64,000 nucleotides of DNA. Source: Bacilli bacterium (GTDB lineage: Bacteria > Bacillota_I > Bacilli_A > RF39 > UBA660). The position numbers were made by a program, and so were the translations under genes. Below, piece by piece: positions 59,138-64,000 of the stretch (position 1 is its first letter; every line of letters begins with the position of its first letter). The notes under the pieces are model-generated. The model saw only the letters and a program-made list of their open reading frames with translations. It was not told where the DNA came from and made no database searches. Location of the stretch: assembly GCA_045541255.1 (NCBI GenBank), contig JAZQIU010000006.1:109504-173503 (forward strand). The letters run 5' to 3'.

Positions 59138-60239
59138 GTCGAGCTCCGCTGACCTCCCACGTAAGCGAAGACGCGTTGTTAGCATTAAGACACCACAAGC
59201 CACAATAACTAGAGTCCACCCAACAACCGCCGACAAGAGCGATTCTATTTCCTGGATTACACCAGTAATAATCTGTAGTGTAAGTATCACTACTACCACC
59301 TACTTTAGTAGGGAAAGCAACTAACGGATTCTTAGAATCGTAACCTAACTCTGTAATATAACTACCACCAGTAGAACTATTTACATAGCCAACTTTCTCA
59401 TAATCTCCGTCAAAGACGTCGCTTGCGTAAGAAGTAGGATTATAACAGATATAAGCTTCATATTCTGATATATTAACACCGTCTAAGAATTGCCATATAT
59501 TACCGAATATATCTTCAATTCCACGATAGATAACAGATCCTTTATCAGTACCTGTAGCACTTCCAGATTTCATACCTAAACTATTGCAGCCACCACTATT
59601 TAAAGCAGCAGTATTGCTTCCGTTAGTATAACCTGGTCCTAATTTTGACTGAGAATTATAATCAGCATATTCAACTAAATATAATAATTGAATTAGGAAA
59701 TAATGCCAGTCTAATTGGTGCCAGCCACTACCTAGATTTTTAGCGTATGTTCTAAAGTCTGCTATAGTTTTACTTACTAAAGGAGCATAACCACTACGAC
59801 TATAAACTCCGTCGCTTGATCCAGACATAGTATAACGTCCGATCATAAATTCTTTACTTCTAGTAAAGCCACTTAAATTATCTTTAGAGATAAGTACATA
59901 TTCGTAACCGTAAGACACATACCTCTTATAATAGAATTCTGGTATTATTGTCATTACTTGACCGTTACTACCTGTAAAGGAAAAATTAGCGTCGCCATAA
60001 TAAGCAACTATCTTTTTATTAGTATTATCATAATTACAAGTGATTATATCACTCCATGGGTAAATACTATCAAAGTCGTTTCTTACTGCAGTAGTACCAA
60101 CTTGAGCGTTAGCTACTAAACCTACGGCGTCCTCAATTCTTTCCCAAGCAGACGAAGCAGAACTTATTTTACGTCTTACTCCGTATACTTTACTTAAATT
60201 GTTCGATTTCTTTTCTCGAACATTTATTACACCTAACAT
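59121..60239 (-). CDS. DGR target protein: tail fibre / receptor-binding protein with C-terminal lectin (FGE-sulfatase-like) fold
   Basis: 372 aa in the tail-fibre position. It carries the FGE/CLec-like motif YRGIEDIFGNIWQFLDG, and its C-terminus GGCW...CGLWC...GARL carries the VR. Confidence 0.88.
   Translation of the reverse strand: MLGVINVREKKSNNLSKVYGVRRKISSASSAWERIEDAVGLVANAQVGTTAVRNDFDSIYPWSDIITCNYDNTNKKIVAYYGDANFSFTGSNGQVMTIIPEFYYKRYVSYGYEYVLISKDNLSGFTRSKEFMIGRYTMSGSSDGVYSRSGYAPLVSKTIADFRTYAKNLGSGWHQLDWHYFLIQLLYLVEYADYNSQSKLGPGYTNGSNTAALNSGGCNSLGMKSGSATGTDKGSVIYRGIEDIFGNIWQFLDGVNISEYEAYICYNPTSYASDVFDGDYEKVGYVNSSTGGSYITELGYDSKNPLVAFPTKVGGSSDTYTTDYYWCNPGNRIALVGGCWVDSSYCGLWCLNANNASSLTWEVSGARLLKTS
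59138..59240 (-). repeat. DGR variable repeat (VR), 3' end of the target gene
   Basis: 103-bp counterpart of the TR, encoding ALVGGCWVDSSYCGLWCLNANNASSLTWEVSGAR. It differs from the TR at adenine positions only within the core. Confidence 0.9.
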
Positions 60240-60240
60240 A

Positions 60241-61155
60241 TTAACCCTCCAATTCCATATTAGATAATTGATATGTAATAGTTATCGTAATATCTTCAAG
60301 AGGTTTAGCACTTGTTAAGATTTTAAATCCGCCGTCATAAGAGTTTATACATGCGTCATTTAGTTTAACTTGATTAGCTAAATCTAAAATACCATTAACT
60401 AGCGTATTAGACGTAATATCACTATCAATTATATCATATTCATACAATTTTGTATCACTATTTAACGCCCAATTATCTAACGTTAAAGTAGTTTCATAGC
60501 TTTTAAGGCCATTTTTTACGATTTCATATATTTGATTAGCAAGTTTTCCAGCAGCGTCAGAGTCTAATTGATTCTTGATTTTATTAAACCACTCAGAGAA
60601 AGTGTCCTCAGTTGTTTGTATATATTCTTCGAATTTAGTATATAGTTGGTCGTATATTTCTTCTGTGTTTAATGTTTCAACGGTAGAAGCAACAACTCCA
60701 CAAACTGATTCTTCAAATCTAGTATCTTTAATCGCTGACTGTGTAATAGAAGTAGCACCATTATTAACATAAATTTCAGCAATTTTAATATCATATACGG
60801 TAGAGGATCTAACTAAAGCTGGAGCTGACGGATTATCGCTAAATGTTCCTTTGATTATTTGAGCTGATATTAACCTATTTGTTAAATCTAATCTAATAAC
60901 AACATTATCGATTCTTTTTAATGTACCGTCAGCAGTTTCAACAGTTTTAATTAAATCCCCAGTATTAGAATAGCGATAACCTTCTATATTGGCGTCGCCT
61001 TCTTGAATAGTTATAGTCATATCATTATTAGCTATGACTCTTAACTCATTATTAAAAATACCATTAGTAAAGTATTTCTTTAAATGACGAGCAAAGTCTT
61101 CCGCAAAGTAAACTCTGTCGTCGTTTATGTCATTAAAAAAACTATATTTTTCCAT
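60241..61155 (-). CDS. Phage tail/baseplate-associated structural protein (function unknown)
   Basis: 304 aa lying between the Gp37-like protein and the DGR target. The N-terminus (YSFFNDINDDRVYFAEDFARHLKKYFTNGIF) is a pattern I associate with siphophage fibre-module proteins. Confidence 0.45.
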   Translation of the reverse strand: MEKYSFFNDINDDRVYFAEDFARHLKKYFTNGIFNNELRVIANNDMTITIQEGDANIEGYRYSNTGDLIKTVETADGTLKRIDNVVIRLDLTNRLISAQIIKGTFSDNPSAPALVRSSTVYDIKIAEIYVNNGATSITQSAIKDTRFEESVCGVVASTVETLNTEEIYDQLYTKFEEYIQTTEDTFSEWFNKIKNQLDSDAAGKLANQIYEIVKNGLKSYETTLTLDNWALNSDTKLYEYDIIDSDITSNTLVNGILDLANQVKLNDACINSYDGGFKILTSAKPLEDITITITYQLSNMELEG

Positions 61156-61172
61156 AACTTCCGTCCTTTCTT

Positions 61173-62225
61173 TTATTCATTTACAAATTTTTCTGCGATA
61201 GGATTACCATAAGTAGGTATTATATCATGTTTACCTTTTTCGATAACTTCTTCTACCTCAGTAATTCTTTGTCTTTGAGTAGTGTTCCAACTTTCTTTTT
61301 TAATATTAACAATATCTCCTAAATCCCAATATTTTCTATAATGGGTAGAGTGTATTGTTGCCTCAAAACTTTCAGTTGGATTAGTTAGTTTTTCTTTGCC
61401 TAAGTTGTCTAAAATTGCGTTATATTGGTCTGTAGTTAAATCTGTATTGCTTTCGCTTTTTGCGTCTACAAACGCCTCTCTAATATCAAAATCGTGCGTA
61501 TCAGTTGTTACGTTAGTTACTGTTCTTAAAATACGAGCCGTATCTTCGCCAGTACCACCAACTAATACGTCAGTAATCATATTTTTTCTACTGTATGTAT
61601 ATTCAGCTGAATCAAGATTTGATTTATCTTCGCTGAATTCATATCTAGTATTAACTTTTTGAGAGTCTGTTCTATCTTTTCCTACATAATTAACGTATTT
61701 ATAACGTTTATTAGCTAAGTCTAAGATAATTTTTCCACCTATATTAGAAGCACGAGAAAGTTTTTCGTGAAATTCATATACATTTTTATAAGTACATTGA
61801 AAATCAACTTTATCACTTGTTATATCGCTAGAAGTAATATCTAGTAAAGAAAAAGGCGTCATATTGTTTAATAGCTTTCTAAAAGCTCCAATATAATCGC
61901 CACTATAAGTAACACGTTTCTTTATAATTCTTCTTTTTAACAATGATAATAAAAAACTACCATAAACTGATATAGTAACTTTATCTCCGTCGTCGTTAAA
62001 CTTCCAAGACTCAATTATTCCAACTTCGTCGTTTTCTGTTAAATCACTTCGAACAATAATGTTATCATAATTTAATAACCTAAGATTATTAGGTGTTAAA
62101 TTTAAGCTTAATTCAAATTCTCCAGTCTCGAAATATTTTCTTCTCCAACGTAGAGAGCCGTAGCTATCTATAACACCTAAAAACTTTAAGTCTCTATCAT
62201 ATACATTTAAAGATATAGTTTCCAT
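61173..62225 (-). CDS. Siphovirus Gp37-like tail protein (Tal position)
   Basis: 350 aa immediately after Dit, with an N-terminus (ISLNVYDRDLKFLGVIDSYGSLRWRRKYFETGEFELSL) typical of ReqiPepy6 Gp37-like proteins. Confidence 0.55.
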   Translation of the reverse strand: METISLNVYDRDLKFLGVIDSYGSLRWRRKYFETGEFELSLNLTPNNLRLLNYDNIIVRSDLTENDEVGIIESWKFNDDGDKVTISVYGSFLLSLLKRRIIKKRVTYSGDYIGAFRKLLNNMTPFSLLDITSSDITSDKVDFQCTYKNVYEFHEKLSRASNIGGKIILDLANKRYKYVNYVGKDRTDSQKVNTRYEFSEDKSNLDSAEYTYSRKNMITDVLVGGTGEDTARILRTVTNVTTDTHDFDIREAFVDAKSESNTDLTTDQYNAILDNLGKEKLTNPTESFEATIHSTHYRKYWDLGDIVNIKKESWNTTQRQRITEVEEVIEKGKHDIIPTYGNPIAEKFVNE

Positions 62226-63106
62226 TATACCGCCTCATATTCTGGTAAGAATTCAACGGTAGTCTCTAAATTGTCCTCGCCACTATCTGCGCCACTTCTA
62301 AAGGTATTAGTTCCACTAGGTACTTGTAAATACTTACTACCATAAGCCATTAAGTAATTTATGTTTTCTTCTTCTCCAGTAGCAGCACTTATATAAATAA
62401 CATTTTTATTATCTATATGAGTAGTAATAATAATCTGATCTCCTGGAGACATAACTTTTTCTATCTGGATTATCTCACGAGTATTAACATTAAATAGATA
62501 TGGATTAGTTACAGTATCATTAGCTTTAAATCTAATAGTCATACCATAATCAAAATCCGTAGTATTTTCTGTAGTACCCATAGAAGTAGTATTTTTAGTA
62601 CCAAATTTAATACCTGTTTCTTGTGGAATCTTTAACGCAAATTTAAACGCTGGCGTCCATGTAGCCATAGACAATACTGTAGCTGCAATAGCCGAAAAAC
62701 GCGGATTAGGACATACTAGAGAAATAGTAAAATCTCTAGTGTAACCTTTCTTTTCTGGAATAGTTACTTTTTCAACAACACAAGTGATTTTTCTTTCAAT
62801 ATTTCCTTCATAATAATATAAAGTACCTTCACTATTAAGAGGGAACATATCGAATAGTAATAATCTATTTTCTTGTACGTTTTCTGTTATAGTACCTTTA
62901 ATTTGTAAATCTCTTTTATCAATACTCGTACCAGTCCAAGTAGCGCCGACACCATACGCAGATTTAACACTATTAACACTACCTATAACGTCATGAAAGC
63001 CGTCGCATATTCCTAATAGGAAAGGTGGCTTATATGTAAAAGTGATTAGATCGCCTTTGTAGTTTTCAAATATTAAAGTTCTTTCCATATAATCACGCCT
63101 TTCCAT
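62225..63106 (-). CDS. Distal tail protein (Dit, Sipho_tail family)
   Basis: 293 aa directly downstream of the tape measure gene, overlapping it; the sequence pattern is typical of phage tail family proteins. Confidence 0.65.
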   Translation of the reverse strand: MERRDYMERTLIFENYKGDLITFTYKPPFLLGICDGFHDVIGSVNSVKSAYGVGATWTGTSIDKRDLQIKGTITENVQENRLLLFDMFPLNSEGTLYYYEGNIERKITCVVEKVTIPEKKGYTRDFTISLVCPNPRFSAIAATVLSMATWTPAFKFALKIPQETGIKFGTKNTTSMGTTENTTDFDYGMTIRFKANDTVTNPYLFNVNTREIIQIEKVMSPGDQIIITTHIDNKNVIYISAATGEEENINYLMAYGSKYLQVPSGTNTFRSGADSGEDNLETTVEFLPEYEAV

Positions 63107-64000
63107 ATTTTAGGTTATACTCTTGTAAAGCTTTTCTTGTTTGTCGAGCAGTTTCAGCTGGAGACAATGGCTCAGTAGAGTTAATAGTTAAACTAAAGTT
63201 ATTGTTTACCTCGTTGTTAGTTACTGCAGACTGTTGAGATACATACTCTTTATTTTCGTCAGCAGTTAAAACACGTTCTCCTTTATGTAGTAGCGCTGGC
63301 ATTTCGTCATAAGGTACGTAATCCATACCGACACGAAGTTTCTTGATTAAAGAAATATTTAATCCTTTACCTCCAACACCAGGTACCCAGTCTGGAATCT
63401 TTATTTTATTTAATCCTTTAATAAAAGTATTTATTCCGTCTATTATAAAGTTAATAGGAGCTTTAAATATTCCTGTTATGGTAGAAATAATACCGCTGAA
63501 TATATCTTTTACTCCCTGCCATGCTTTTTTCCAATTACCAGTAAATATACCAGTTATAAAATTTATTATTCCATTTAAGTATTTTTTTAATCCTTCTATG
63601 ATAGGTGTTAGTGCTGAGAAAGCACGACCGAAAGTATTAGTTAATATACTTGCAGTAATATTAAGCGCACCCTGTAGAGGTGGAAGTATAGCGTTAATAA
63701 TCATAGTCAATAAATTTATTATTGGAGGTAAGATCATATTTAATAACTCTATAAGTGGAGTTAATAACGCCATAAGTAAATCTATAAATGGTTGTAATAA
63801 TTGTAATATTGGTTGTAGTAATGGTAATAATGGTTGAATAAGACTAAGCAATAAAGGTAAAATTAACTGTATTATCTGTAATAATGGCGGTAATAACATA
63901 TTTATTAGATCCACTATTACTGGTAGAATCGACTCTATGACCTGGGTTATAAAAGGTAAGAGTTGATTTATTAAATCAATAAGTATAGGGAAAATAGCAT
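63093..64000 (-). CDS. Tape measure protein, C-terminal part (5' end outside the window)
   Basis: The frame stays open to the window edge (…AIFPILIDLINQLLPFITQVIESILPVIVDLINM…). It shows Leu/Pro-rich periodic helices and a glycine-rich membrane-like segment, then the conserved C-terminal ...HKGERVLTADE motif. Confidence 0.8.
   Translation of the reverse strand, partial: AIFPILIDLINQLLPFITQVIESILPVIVDLINMLLPPLLQIIQLILPLLLSLIQPLLPLLQPILQLLQPFIDLLMALLTPLIELLNMILPPIINLLTMIINAILPPLQGALNITASILTNTFGRAFSALTPIIEGLKKYLNGIINFITGIFTGNWKKAWQGVKDIFSGIISTITGIFKAPINFIIDGINTFIKGLNKIKIPDWVPGVGGKGLNISLIKKLRVGMDYVPYDEMPALLHKGERVLTADENKEYVSQQSAVTNNEVNNNFSLTINSTEPLSPAETARQTRKALQEYNLKYGKA

Larger units (their letters stand above)
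54387..64000 (-). mobile_element. Siphovirus-like prophage, lysis/tail end (partial; continues beyond the window)
   Basis: A contiguous minus-strand late operon: tape measure, Dit, Gp37-like, fibre proteins, DGR, assembly-like protein, XhlA-like, holin, endolysin. Its left junction coincides with the break in cotJC. Confidence 0.85.

Noticed and set aside
58104-59240. The array as a tandem-repeat protein-coding region
   Set aside because: Unit spacings (157, 154, 162, 160, 157, 158) are mostly not multiples of three. The VR frame runs into stops or shifts frame in each linker.
57900-59299. ORF-track entries 57900-58082, 58408-58602, 58725-58943 and 59090-59299 (60-72 aa, minus strand) as possible small genes such as avd
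   Set aside because: They are read-throughs of the TR, the orphan cassettes and the linkers in assorted frames. They have no RBS and are low-complexity, and their apparent conservation comes from the DNA repeat itself.

Overview
This is a very AT-rich chromosomal segment from an endospore-forming Firmicute; spo0A, gerQ and cotJB/cotJC are all present. All calls rest on reading motifs in the supplied ORF translations and hand alignment of the DNA; no database search was possible. Positions 1 to about 54386 hold ordinary host genes, mostly on the + strand. They include ligA, truA, lysS, a Phe T-box leader with pheS-pheT, dCMP deaminase, two UDG-superfamily genes and LiaF/LiaG-like genes. Further along are a CDF transporter, tRNA-Gly(GCC), a GT2 plus LtaS-like envelope cluster, fhs, a Zn-ADH and a Ctp peptidase. 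The last stretch carries spo0A, a ClpC-like ATPase, cysS, uvrB, a CBS-type pyrophosphatase, a P-type ATPase and cotJB. At about 54387 the cotJC ORF is cut off after about 68 codons by the lysis end of a siphovirus-like prophage. The prophage fills the rest of the window on the minus strand: tape measure (partial), Dit, Gp37-like protein, fibre proteins, a tail-fibre-assembly-like protein, an XhlA-like protein, a holin and a CHAP/Cpl-7 endolysin. The standout feature is a diversity-generating retroelement (DGR) in the tail-fibre module. It has an RT at 56735-57799, a TR at 57947-58049, and a VR at 59138-59240 at the 3' end of a 372-aa lectin/FGE-fold fibre gene. Every TR/VR mismatch in the 97-nt core falls on a TR adenine. 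Where canonical DGRs carry avd, VR and TR are instead separated by a tandem array of six further 103-bp cassettes. These cassettes are open in the VR frame, keep the scaffold codons, vary at the hypervariable codons, and are joined by a conserved linker of about 32 bp. I do not recognise this as a described DGR architecture; it may be a multi-template or variant-archive system.
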